A stretch of 45,864 bases of DNA. Source: an uncultured Bacteroides sp. Its GTDB lineage: Bacteria > Bacteroidota > Bacteroidia > Bacteroidales > SM23-62. Positions within the stretch are counted from its first letter, which is position 1. Each line of letters opens with the position of its first letter. Position numbers and translations under genes: made by a program. The stretch covers positions 1 to 45,864 of the forward strand of contig CAYZEZ010000002.1 in assembly GCA_964477295.1 (NCBI GenBank), written 5' to 3'. Below, piece after piece: positions 1 to 8,427 of this stretch. Below the pieces are notes generated by a model, which saw only the letters and a list, made by a program, of their open reading frames with translations, was not told the origin of the DNA and searched no databases.

Positions 1-2
1 AT

Positions 3-1346
3 GTGATAGCAAACGGTGTGTCTGAAGAGCTGGATGAGTTGCGTGATATCATTTTTTCAGGAAAGGATTACCTGGTTAAGTTACAGGAAAGGGAAATAAA
101 GAACACTGGCATCTCTTCCCTCAAAGTGGGCTTTAATAATGTATTTGGATATTATATTGAGGTCAGGAATACCCATAAAGATAAAGTGCCGGAGGAGTGG
201 ATCAGGAAACAGACCCTTGTTAGTGCAGAAAGATATATTACAGAAGAGCTAAAGACTTACGAATCAAAGATCCTGGGTGCAGAAGAAAAGATCCTTGCCC
301 TGGAGACAGAGCTATTCAACAACCTGGTGCTCAGTATATTTGATTATATACCGGCTATCCAGCTGAATGCAGCCCTGGTTGCAAAACTGGACTGTCTGCT
401 TGCTTTTGCAAATGTATCGGTTGAAAACCGCTATGTCAGGCCAGAGGTGAACCATTCCCATGTAATAGATATTAAGGAAGGACGGCATCCGGTCATTGAG
501 AAGCAATTGCCTATCGACGAAGAATATATCCCTAATGACATTTTTCTCGATAACAAGGAGCAGCAGATCATTATTCTTACTGGTCCCAATATGTCGGGGA
601 AGTCGGCGTTGCTCAGGCAGACGGCACTTATCACACTGATGGCCCAGATGGGCTGTTATGTCCCTGCAGCTTCTGCAAGGATCGGCTGGGTGGATAAGAT
701 CTTTACCAGGGTGGGAGCCTCGGATAATATTTCACTGGGTGAATCGACCTTTATGGTTGAGATGAATGAAGCGGCCAGTATTTTAAATAATCTTTCGGAG
801 CGGAGCCTGATACTGCTGGATGAAATTGGGCGGGGAACAGCAACCTATGATGGGATCTCGATAGCATGGGCAATGGTTGAGTTTATTCATGAACATCCCG
901 CAGGGAAGGCTAAAACCATGTTTGCGACACATTATCACGAGTTGAATGAAATGGAGACGGCATATAAAAGGGTAAGAAATTTCAATATCTCTATAAAAGA
1001 ATTAAAAGACAAGGTGATCTTTTTACGTAAACTGGAGCCGGGTGGCAGTGAACACAGTTTCGGGATCCATGTTGCCAGGATGGCGGGTATGCCCCGGTCG
1101 GTGGTTTTTCGTGCCAGCGAGATCCTGGAAGAATTGGAAAAATCGCACCAGAAACAGTCGCTTACAAAACCTGTTGGCGATCTGGCCTCCAGCCGTGAAG
1201 GATTCCAGACAACCTTTTTCCAGCTTGACGACCCTGTTCTGAAACAGATCAGGGATGAGATCAAGCACCTCGACATCAATAACCTGACCCCGATCGAGGC
1301 ACTGAACAAGTTAAATGAGATCAAAAAGATCACAGGCCTGGATTAA
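3..1346 (+). CDS. mutS: DNA mismatch repair protein MutS, C-terminal ~447 aa (5' part lies outside the window)
   Basis: The ORF enters from the window edge. It has Walker A GPNMSGKS plus [12 protein letters not shown] and THYHEL motifs of the MutS ATPase domain. The first codon in the track is not a real start. Confidence 0.95.
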   Translation: MIANGVSEELDELRDIIFSGKDYLVKLQEREIKNTGISSLKVGFNNVFGYYIEVRNTHKDKVPEEWIRKQTLVSAERYITEELKTYESKILGAEEKILALETELFNNLVLSIFDYIPAIQLNAALVAKLDCLLAFANVSVENRYVRPEVNHSHVIDIKEGRHPVIEKQLPIDEEYIPNDIFLDNKEQQIIILTGPNMSGKSALLRQTALITLMAQMGCYVPAASARIGWVDKIFTRVGASDNISLGESTFMVEMNEAASILNNLSERSLILLDEIGRGTATYDGISIAWAMVEFIHEHPAGKAKTMFATHYHELNEMETAYKRVRNFNISIKELKDKVIFLRKLEPGGSEHSFGIHVARMAGMPRSVVFRASEILEELEKSHQKQSLTKPVGDLASSREGFQTTFFQLDDPVLKQIRDEIKHLDINNLTPIEALNKLNEIKKITGLD

Positions 1347-1532
1347 TTGCCGTCGGCTTCAGAATAAATTGCCGTTGGCTTTAACCGGCGGGTTTGGTTT
1401 TGTAAGAATATCTGCGGGCTTCATCCCGCTCTATTTTCCATTTATTATTTTTAAATTCTTAAAATTTAAATTAAATTTGCCTTCCCTTTACACACCTACG
1501 CCCATACGCACACTAACTTGTAACTTGTTCAT

Positions 1533-1605
<73 letters not shown>

Positions 1606-1610
1606 CTAAA

Positions 1611-1631
1611 ACGTGACATGTGACGTGTGAA
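1611..1631. repeat. Short heptamer array ACGTGAC ATGTGAC GTGTGAA, 6 nt after tRNA-Gly
   Basis: Period-7 repetition read directly from the sequence. Confidence 0.6.
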
Positions 1632-1643
1632 TCGGAAGAAAAG

Positions 1644-1668
1644 AAATCCCGGCGTGGGATTTTTTTTT
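1644..1668 (+). terminator. Rho-independent terminator after tRNA-Gly
   Basis: Stem AAATCCC/GGGATTT with loop GGCGT, running into a T run that ends at 1668. Confidence 0.7.
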
Positions 1669-1743
1669 GGAAGGGATGTGATAAGTGGTAGGGGGATTAT
1701 AAGGATGTTTCTTTAGGATGAAATTTTACACACCCCATTCCCA

Positions 1744-1778
1744 GCTCTCAAACTCTCGCTTCACTCATCACTCTTCAC
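1744..1778. repeat. Heptamer array GCTCTCA AACTCTC GCTTCAC TCATCAC TCTTCAC abutting tRNA-Leu
   Basis: Period-7 repetition. The units are roughly the complement of the GTGAC-type units at 1611-1631. Confidence 0.6.
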
Positions 1779-1786
1779 TTCAAAGG

Positions 1787-1872
1787 GCCCGGGTGGCGGA
1801 ATTGGTAGACGCGCTGGACTTAAAATCCAGTGGGCCGCAATGCCCGTGCGGGTTCAAGTCCCGCCCCGGGTA
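1787..1872 (+). tRNA. tRNA-Leu (anticodon TAA), long variable arm
   Basis: Acceptor GCCCGGG/CCCGGGT (G1-U72 wobble), D region GCGGAATTGGTAGACGC, anticodon stem CTGGA/TCCAG with loop CTTAAAA, variable arm, T arm GCGGG-TTCAAGT-CCCGC. Confidence 0.88.
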
Positions 1873-1886
1873 CAGTATACATGAAT

Positions 1887-1922
1887 AACCTCCTGAATTT
1901 CATAATTACAGGAGGTTTTTTT
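1887..1922 (+). terminator. Rho-independent terminator after tRNA-Leu
   Basis: 9-bp stem AACCTCCTG/CAGGAGGTT with a 13-nt loop, followed by a T run (1916-1922). Confidence 0.7.
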
Positions 1923-1973
1923 AAAATATGGCTGATTTGTTGTTCGTCCTGTTCAAATCTTCATTATGATGAA

Positions 1974-2663
1974 CTATTTTTTAATATCGAGATCGACCAG
2001 TAATGATTTGCCCTTGGTTAACCAGGAGATGCCGAATGCCCATAAAGCTATAGTTTCAAGCCAGAATACAGGATCACAGTTCTCGAGCACAGTGTACCTT
2101 CGTTCAAGGAAAATAAAATACAGGGCGATCAGCAAGAGGCATCCAAGCATCGTATAACCACATATCCTGTATAACATGTTTCTTTTTAGTTTCCTTTTCG
2201 ATGGTTCTTTCGAGCCTTTAGTGAATAATACCAGTGAAAAATAGGCCAGCACAAGGAAAAACAATGCTGCTGAAACAAAATGCAAACTGCTTAATATTTG
2301 AGTATCAATGGTGGCAGGAATGCAATGAGTGAGCGGTTCGGTAATGGATGTAGGAAAGAATGCCACACCCAGTGCAAAAATACAGGCCAGATTTCCTGCC
2401 ATGGCATCCCTGTAATCATAGCCTTTATAGGCAAATAAAAACAAGGCAATGGCGCAAATAATACCAACAAAAATATCCCGCATGTCGGTGTGATAATAAC
2501 TGCTGATTGAACTCTGGATTTCTCTGCAGTCGGCGCCTATCACTGATCCAATCACCATAACCAGTGGAAATGAAATGCCGAGGATACCAACTGCTTTCCT
2601 CAATGTCAGATAAGAGATAAGCCGGGGCTCATCATTTTTTTCTTTTTTTTTGTTTTTTTTCAT
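1974..2663 (-). CDS. Integral membrane protein, family not recognised
   Basis: 229-aa ORF with ATG at 2663. Lys-rich N-terminus MKKNKKKEKND encoded by A8/A9/A7 runs, then about six hydrophobic helices. Confidence 0.7.
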   Translation of the reverse strand: MKKNKKKEKNDEPRLISYLTLRKAVGILGISFPLVMVIGSVIGADCREIQSSISSYYHTDMRDIFVGIICAIALFLFAYKGYDYRDAMAGNLACIFALGVAFFPTSITEPLTHCIPATIDTQILSSLHFVSAALFFLVLAYFSLVLFTKGSKEPSKRKLKRNMLYRICGYTMLGCLLLIALYFIFLERRYTVLENCDPVFWLETIALWAFGISWLTKGKSLLVDLDIKK

Positions 2664-2692
2664 GGCTATTTTGATTAATTAAAAGTGGTAAT

Positions 2693-2730
2693 GGCTGGTA
2701 CGATTGTTTTTCAGGATTATGGTACCAGCC
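2693..2730. other. Perfect 9-bp hairpin GGCTGGTAC / GTACCAGCC with a 20-nt loop in a divergent promoter region
   Basis: Inverted repeat read directly. It shares TTAATTAA..GCTGGTAC features with the elements at 13742 and 21842. Confidence 0.6.
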
Positions 2731-2975
2731 CTGAAAAGTCTACCGGCGCAAAGTCTGAGATTATTGCCTGAACTTTGGTATAATAAATTTATCCCAAAAT
2801 GTTCAGAATATCAAATATTTGGTGACAGAGAAGTTGAGTTTTGCTATCCTTAATTCTTGTCTGGTTGTATATGTTCCCCGGATATTATTATTCTTTAAAC
2901 TCCAATAAATAAATGTATTCATCATCTTTTGCCACATTGACTAATTTCCCCTAAATTCGTATTTTGATTTTGTTT

Positions 2976-3767
2976 ATGAGAAGATCCATACTGCATGCAT
3001 TGCTTTATAGCCTTATGATTCAGCTGTCGGCCCAGTATCCAACCGGTACCATCAGCATGAATTACGTGGAGGAGGAGTGCTATGTATACCTTTTTTCTGT
3101 GGCCTCCTGGGAGTTTCAGGCGGATACTTCGGGACTGGCGTATGTGTCATTCGCGGTGTGTGAGAATCTGGATGACCAGCCGTTTTATCTTCTTTCGGAT
3201 TGTGAAGGTTTATCCGATACATTAAAATTGAATAAGGGTCTGAATAACCTTACACTGGAACATAAATTGCGCGTCAGGAAAAAGGTGCCTTTTACCGCCG
3301 GGGTATGGCAGCGATATAAACTCGACAACGACCAGAATATTTTTGTAATTGATAACGGGCTGGGAATCGCCGGGAGCAAACCGGCCTACGAAGGATCAAT
3401 CCCCGGATTTGTTTATGACACTCTTACATACATTGTATATGATACTGTGGAATTATATATCGCAATCCTTGATACAGTCAGGTACTATGACACCATCCGC
3501 GTGAGTGATACCATATATGTTACCAGGGACTTCGAGTCAAGCATGGATGAGCTTCCCCCCGAAGCCCTGAAAATGGTCGTACGGAACGATGAGATCACTG
3601 CTAATTTTGTATTCGATGATGCAGAGGTGTATAACCTGACCGGTCAGCTCATGATTAAAGTAATCAACACCAATACCATCCCCATCCCGGGAATACTGCC
3701 TGGAATTTATATACTTAAAGCCAGGGTTAACAACCGTCTCTTCCAGACAAAGTTTTATAAAGAATAA
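2976..3767 (+). CDS. Secreted protein with C-terminal T9SS (type A) sorting domain, function unknown
   Basis: The track start at 2964 is TTG. ATG 2976 gives signal peptide MRRSILHALLYSLMIQLSAQ. The C-terminal ~75 aa (VYNLTGQLMIKV...GIYILKARV) looks like a T9SS CTD. There are internal (Y/L/S)DT(I/V/L) repeats. Confidence 0.75.
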   Translation: MRRSILHALLYSLMIQLSAQYPTGTISMNYVEEECYVYLFSVASWEFQADTSGLAYVSFAVCENLDDQPFYLLSDCEGLSDTLKLNKGLNNLTLEHKLRVRKKVPFTAGVWQRYKLDNDQNIFVIDNGLGIAGSKPAYEGSIPGFVYDTLTYIVYDTVELYIAILDTVRYYDTIRVSDTIYVTRDFESSMDELPPEALKMVVRNDEITANFVFDDAEVYNLTGQLMIKVINTNTIPIPGILPGIYILKARVNNRLFQTKFYKE

Positions 3768-3843
3768 ATATCTCTGCCCGCTAACATGAATAAAGGCTGT
3801 GGTGGGGTTTTAAAAAAGCCTGAAAAAAGTTAAAAGAACATCT

Positions 3844-5817
3844 TCACTGATATCGCATTCCGGATATGATTTTTTTTACCTCCGGATGGGATGGGTCCGT
3901 AAGTATTGCCTTTTTAATCAGATCATTGGCCTCTGTTTCCCATCCAATCAGGACATAGTTCCTGGCGAGTGATAACATTATATCTATATTGGTGGGATCG
4001 TTCTTTTGTTGCTGCTTCAATTCTACTGTGGATGTCAGGATTTTTAATTTTCCCTTTGCCTGCTCCGATGATATCCCTCCATTTATAGCATATTGAAGAT
4101 ATGTGACAGATTCTTCCAGATTACCTGCTTTCAGGAAATTGCCTGACAGGTTATAGGCTATTTCGGGAAGGGGTTCCAGATTGTATCCCGACTTAAGCTC
4201 ATCAAGAGCTATTTCCGAATTGTTCATCAACCCATAGGCCTTGGCCGACATATTATAAGGAATCCCTGAATACCTGAATTCAAGTTTCATTGCTTCAGCA
4301 GCACGAATGGCTTCATAATACATATGCTTATCCATACAGTATGAATAGTATAGGTTGATGGCCCCAGCCCAGTCGAGTTGTTTATTAAATACCTTCCATC
4401 CAAGGGTGTCAGGTAAGGATGACAAAGGTATGGTGGATAAAAGGGAATCCATGTCAACCATCTGATCTGTAAAGGGCCAGGAATGGGTTAACTGGTATAT
4501 GCCCAGGAAGGCAAAAACAGAATCAATAGGTGTGACCGGCAGAAGCTTGAATGCGGCCTGGTACGGAACCGGTTCCTTAAGTGAGATAATCTTGTGATTC
4601 ATAAGTGCCTGAAAAAAGGCGTCTGCCATTAAGAAATATCCCCTTGCACAGGGGTGGATGTGTTCTGTAATCAATTCCTTCCCGGTGATACCTCCCGGTG
4701 AGCCGGCTGAAAAGACTGAATCAATGTCGACCAGGATAATCCCCGGTTGTTCTGCTATGGACCTGATCCTGTTATTGATTTCTCCGGGTGCCCTGAATCT
4801 CAATAGATCCAGGTCCCTGGCACGAAGGAACATGGCCATGGCTTCCTTGAAATATTTTTCTGAGAAATATGTTTTTCCGGCGAAGAAATAAGCATCGGCA
4901 TTCGTATTCTCTTTTGCCAGCAAGCCGGGCAAATCATCCATGGCAGGCAGACTATCCATCCCGGCTATGGTTCCCTCACTGATGAATGGTTCGATGTCCT
5001 TAAGGTTACACACCGTTGTCCCGATCAGTACTGGTATCTCGCTGGCCTGATATATATGTATAAGTTTTTTAAGGTTTTTATCAAACTGACGGATCCCTTC
5101 GTTGTATAATTCAGATCCATAGGGGATTGATTTCCTTGCCACCATCCGCTCCATCAAGGTTTTATCCGGGCTAAGCAGCACATCTCCTGATCTTTTGCGG
5201 GCTATGTTTTTCTGAATGTTCTTGACTAATTGAACGAGCCGTAAATCATCAAAAACCATATACATGCGTTTCAATGCATGACCCTTTGTAATAAGCTGGG
5301 TCGAAGCCACCCCCAGAGCCCCATAGTATTCATTGTGCCCGGCATAGATGATAACTGCATCCGGTTCAACGGCAGCAATCTCATCCGCAAGGTCAAGTAA
5401 TGTATAGCTGTTGACTGCTGTGATCGCCGTATTGATCACCTCCACTTGATAACCAGGCAGGGACTGCCTTATTCGTTGCTCGAGCATGGATGGAAAAGAT
5501 CCCCCGTGCATATATGGAATTCCAAGAGCAGTAGAAGCCCCCTGTACCACAATCCGGATAGTCTTGTCACTTTTTTCTTTTTTAAATGAAGGAAAGGAAA
5601 CGTTGGGCGCTGCTTCAGGATTTAAAAAGTACCTGTGGGCAATGTCGGGATTTATCCTGAGCAGGTCACTCCTCACAGGATCTTCAATAAAAAGAGTGTA
5701 CCGGTCTCCATAGCCTGAGATCCTGAGTACACCTTCCAGCAGGACCAAAAGCAGAAAAGGCAGACTGATGGCAATACCGGTAAATAAGATTCTCCTGAAG
5801 GCTGATAAAGGTCTCAT
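3844..5817 (-). CDS. Membrane-anchored SGNH/GDSL-type hydrolase fused to TPR-like repeats
   Basis: N-terminal hydrophobic anchor. SGNH-like blocks IRIVVQGASTALG, IIYAGHNEYYG and ITEHIHP. Helical-repeat C-terminal third. Confidence 0.7.
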   Translation of the reverse strand: MRPLSAFRRILFTGIAISLPFLLLVLLEGVLRISGYGDRYTLFIEDPVRSDLLRINPDIAHRYFLNPEAAPNVSFPSFKKEKSDKTIRIVVQGASTALGIPYMHGGSFPSMLEQRIRQSLPGYQVEVINTAITAVNSYTLLDLADEIAAVEPDAVIIYAGHNEYYGALGVASTQLITKGHALKRMYMVFDDLRLVQLVKNIQKNIARKRSGDVLLSPDKTLMERMVARKSIPYGSELYNEGIRQFDKNLKKLIHIYQASEIPVLIGTTVCNLKDIEPFISEGTIAGMDSLPAMDDLPGLLAKENTNADAYFFAGKTYFSEKYFKEAMAMFLRARDLDLLRFRAPGEINNRIRSIAEQPGIILVDIDSVFSAGSPGGITGKELITEHIHPCARGYFLMADAFFQALMNHKIISLKEPVPYQAAFKLLPVTPIDSVFAFLGIYQLTHSWPFTDQMVDMDSLLSTIPLSSLPDTLGWKVFNKQLDWAGAINLYYSYCMDKHMYYEAIRAAEAMKLEFRYSGIPYNMSAKAYGLMNNSEIALDELKSGYNLEPLPEIAYNLSGNFLKAGNLEESVTYLQYAINGGISSEQAKGKLKILTSTVELKQQQKNDPTNIDIMLSLARNYVLIGWETEANDLIKKAILTDPSHPEVKKIISGMRYQ

Positions 5818-5928
5818 AAAGAGTATAAGTGCAAATGGTAACCGATGAATATATAAATAATGCTTTATACCATTGACCCTGGTCCCATAATTTTTTGTTC
5901 CCTGAAGTGGGTCGGTTAACCCTGCAGA

Positions 5929-6342
5929 TCAGGATGTTTTGATTGATTTGCGAATGATAATGCGTATCAGGAGAAAATAACCCAGCCCTGCTCCGGATAA
6001 CATCCCCAGGTAATTATATACCATATCAGCTATAGTAAATGACCTTCCGGGGATGAATATCTGTAAAAATTCGGCCAGCCAGCCAAAAATACTTCCTATA
6101 GCGATAAATAAAATGAAATCAATTGCCTGGATATGGAATGAATGGTCACCTCTCCACATAACAAAGAAAAATCCAAGCATAAAGTATCCGACAAAATGTT
6201 CAAGGTGGTCCCACCTGAATTTTGAAATGGATTGGGTAATGATCTCTCCTGCATCCGGGATAAGACCAATGGAAAACAGTAAAACTGCCCATGAGATAAG
6301 CAGGATAATCCATAACAGTTTTATGTAATAAAGCCTGATCAT
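5929..6342 (-). CDS. VanZ-like family membrane protein
   Basis: 137 aa with 4 TM segments. VanZ-like blocks DHLEHFVGYFMLG and AEFLQIFIPGRSFTIADMVYNYLG. Confidence 0.75.
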   Translation of the reverse strand: MIRLYYIKLLWIILLISWAVLLFSIGLIPDAGEIITQSISKFRWDHLEHFVGYFMLGFFFVMWRGDHSFHIQAIDFILFIAIGSIFGWLAEFLQIFIPGRSFTIADMVYNYLGMLSGAGLGYFLLIRIIIRKSIKTS

Positions 6343-6457
6343 AAAGAAGTGTCAATAGAATTAAAACCTGTATTTTCCCCGGTATAATAATTCTTTTTAA
6401 AGGGGCAATATTACAGAAAAATGTCTTACAATAAAACATCTGCCGATGCCAGATATC

Positions 6458-6961
6458 TTATGCTGCTATTTTCTTCATTAATTTCTTCCTTCCAAAAAAT
6501 ATCCTGCTTTTTACTGTTCCAATCCTGATGTCCAATTCATCGGCAATTTCCTTGTATTTGTAACCGTCGAAATACATCTGGAACGGGATGCGGTATTCAT
6601 CTTCAAGGTTGTCCAGTACGTTTTGTATCTCTTTGGCTGTCATTTGAGAGTCAGGGGTGGCCACTTCAACAGATTTCGCCCCATTCAGGTAATACAGGTC
6701 CCTGGTATTATCAAAAACAGTGTTTTCTCTAACCGACCTTCTGTAATTATTAATAAAGGTATTTTTCATGATGGTATAGATCCAGGCTTTGAAATTGGTA
6801 TGTTCAGTAAACCTGTTTCTTGAATTTAATGCCTTAATATATGTTTCCTGTATCAGATCCAGTGCATCTTCACTATTGGCAGTCAGGCTTAAGGCAAATC
6901 TTTTCAGATGATCTTCCAGGCTGATTAATTGATGGTTAAATTCTATTGCTGTCATTATCAT
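6458..6961 (-). CDS. ECF-type (group 4) RNA polymerase sigma-70 family factor
   Basis: 167 aa. Region 2 is DLIQETYIKAL...FKAWIYTIMKNTFINNYRR; region 4 HTH is YKEIADELDIRIGTVKSRIFFGRKKL. No anti-sigma gene adjacent. Confidence 0.85.
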   Translation of the reverse strand: MIMTAIEFNHQLISLEDHLKRFALSLTANSEDALDLIQETYIKALNSRNRFTEHTNFKAWIYTIMKNTFINNYRRSVRENTVFDNTRDLYYLNGAKSVEVATPDSQMTAKEIQNVLDNLEDEYRIPFQMYFDGYKYKEIADELDIRIGTVKSRIFFGRKKLMKKIAA

Positions 6962-6996
6962 TAGTTTTTGTTTAACTTATAAATTATAATATTGAA

Positions 6997-7004
6997 CAAA
7001 TATA
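6997..7004 (-). promoter_or_regulatory. Bacteroidota -7 box TATATTTG for the sigma-factor gene
   Basis: Exact TAnnTTTG on the minus strand, 35 nt upstream of the ATG at 6961. A TTTG (7021-7024, minus strand) lies 16 nt further upstream. Confidence 0.5.
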
Positions 7005-7361
7005 ATAACATATTAAACAACAAATCCACTTCATTAAGCAGAGAATATTAAAATTAGGGCACATTCTAAATAAGGAGAATGCTATATATATCATATAATT
7101 AGAGATATATATATTTTTCATGCCTCAACTTCTAAATTATATAAATGTTTAATAAAAACAGTTAAATATTAAACAATAAAATAAATTGATTAAACAAAAC
7201 GGCTGTCCATAGTTAACTATTCAATCCGTGTCAGGATCATATTATTGAAGTTTATCTAAATCTGAGAGCTGGGATCAGGGACTGATCTGGTCCGCGCACC
7301 TGGTACTGACCGGGACGGAAAGGTTACAACAAAAATTACTGATGTATAAAAGGAGTATTTT

Positions 7362-8234
7362 TTAGAGGTAAGTCTCAAGCTCTTCAAAGGACAGGATCCT
7401 TACAATGTTTTCAGGGAGTTTATCTGAGATTTGCCTTATCTGGTGACCGGTTACAAATATTTTTTTATCTGGAAACCGAAGGGATAATTTATGCAAATAG
7501 GAAGAAAGTTCTTCGCCTGAGTATACATTAATAATGGAAGTTAATAAATATTCAAAAGAAATAACCGATGCAGCTTCCGCCATATCATTCAAAGGTACCC
7601 ATTGTCCCAGGTAGGTAAGGTTGTGCCCTTTTTTCTGGATCAGGTAACTGGTATATAAAAGGCCAAGCTCATGCAATTCTCCCTCGGGGAGATATAGCAT
7701 GAAACTTTTAGGGGAGGGACTGGGGCTAATAATAAGTTCGTCAATGGCAACTATTAATTTTTGCCGGATGAGATTGGTGACAAAATGTTCCTGGGCCGGA
7801 TTGATGGCCCCGGTCATCCAGAGTACTCCAATCTTTTCAAGGAATGGATAAATCACTTTTTCCATACTATTCTCAAATCCAACCTGGAGAATAACACGTG
7901 AGAATATTTTTTCAAATTTGATTTTATCCAGATCGACCATGGCTATAATCAGCTGGTCGATTATGGTGTCAAAATCATTCGACTCCCTGGTGACCTGCAT
8001 GACCTGGTCTGAAATTTGCTCTTGCCGAAGATCTGCTATATGTGAGATCTTCATGCCGTTTCGGTTCAACAATGAGATGTTCAGGATCTTCTTAAGGTCC
8101 TCATCACTGTAATACCTTATATTGGTATCGGAGCGACCGGGTTCAAGAAGTCCATACCTCTTCTCCCAAATCCTTATGGTATGTGCTTTAATTCCGCTCA
8201 ATTTTTCCAGGTCTTTTATTGTATAGGTTGCCAT
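7362..8234 (-). CDS. MerR-family regulator with C-terminal cobalamin-binding module (CarH/LitR-like)
   Basis: MerR HTH YTIKDLEKLSGIKAHTIRIWEKRYGLL...RYYSDEDL. Helical-bundle signature WMTGAINPAQEHF. B12-binding ExHxxG motif (ELHELG). The track start 8267 is GTG; ATG at 8234 (MATYTIKDL) is preferred. Confidence 0.8.
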   Translation of the reverse strand: MATYTIKDLEKLSGIKAHTIRIWEKRYGLLEPGRSDTNIRYYSDEDLKKILNISLLNRNGMKISHIADLRQEQISDQVMQVTRESNDFDTIIDQLIIAMVDLDKIKFEKIFSRVILQVGFENSMEKVIYPFLEKIGVLWMTGAINPAQEHFVTNLIRQKLIVAIDELIISPSPSPKSFMLYLPEGELHELGLLYTSYLIQKKGHNLTYLGQWVPLNDMAEAASVISFEYLLTSIINVYSGEELSSYLHKLSLRFPDKKIFVTGHQIRQISDKLPENIVRILSFEELETYL

Positions 8235-8345
8235 AAATAGTGAATAGTGAATCGGATGGCGATGCACGATTTTAATAATGTGTTTAAGATAAAGTAAATC
8301 TGATTTAACAACAAACCGGAGAGGAAAAAGTTCAAAAACACAAAA

Positions 8346-8387
8346 CAGAAATCAGAAGTCAGAAATCAGAAGCCAGATATTAGAAGG
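8346..8387. repeat. Degenerate heptamer array CAGAAAT CAGAAGT CAGAAAT CAGAAGC CAGATAT TAGAAGG
   Basis: Six consecutive period-7 units read directly, decaying into purine-rich sequence up to about 8430. Confidence 0.7.
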
Positions 8388-8427
8388 GAAGAGAAGAGGT
8401 TAACAATAGAAAGCAGGCAGCAGAAGA

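Noticed and set aside
7261-7330. TPP-riboswitch-like strings on the plus strand (CTGAGA ... ACTGATCTGG ... GGGAC)
   Set aside because: Only two short consensus fragments match. The GGGGUGC/P2-P3 part and a CUGG...CCAG P5 pairing are missing. No plus-strand gene lies downstream, since the region sits between two minus-strand genes. Most likely a coincidence within a GC-rich low-complexity patch.
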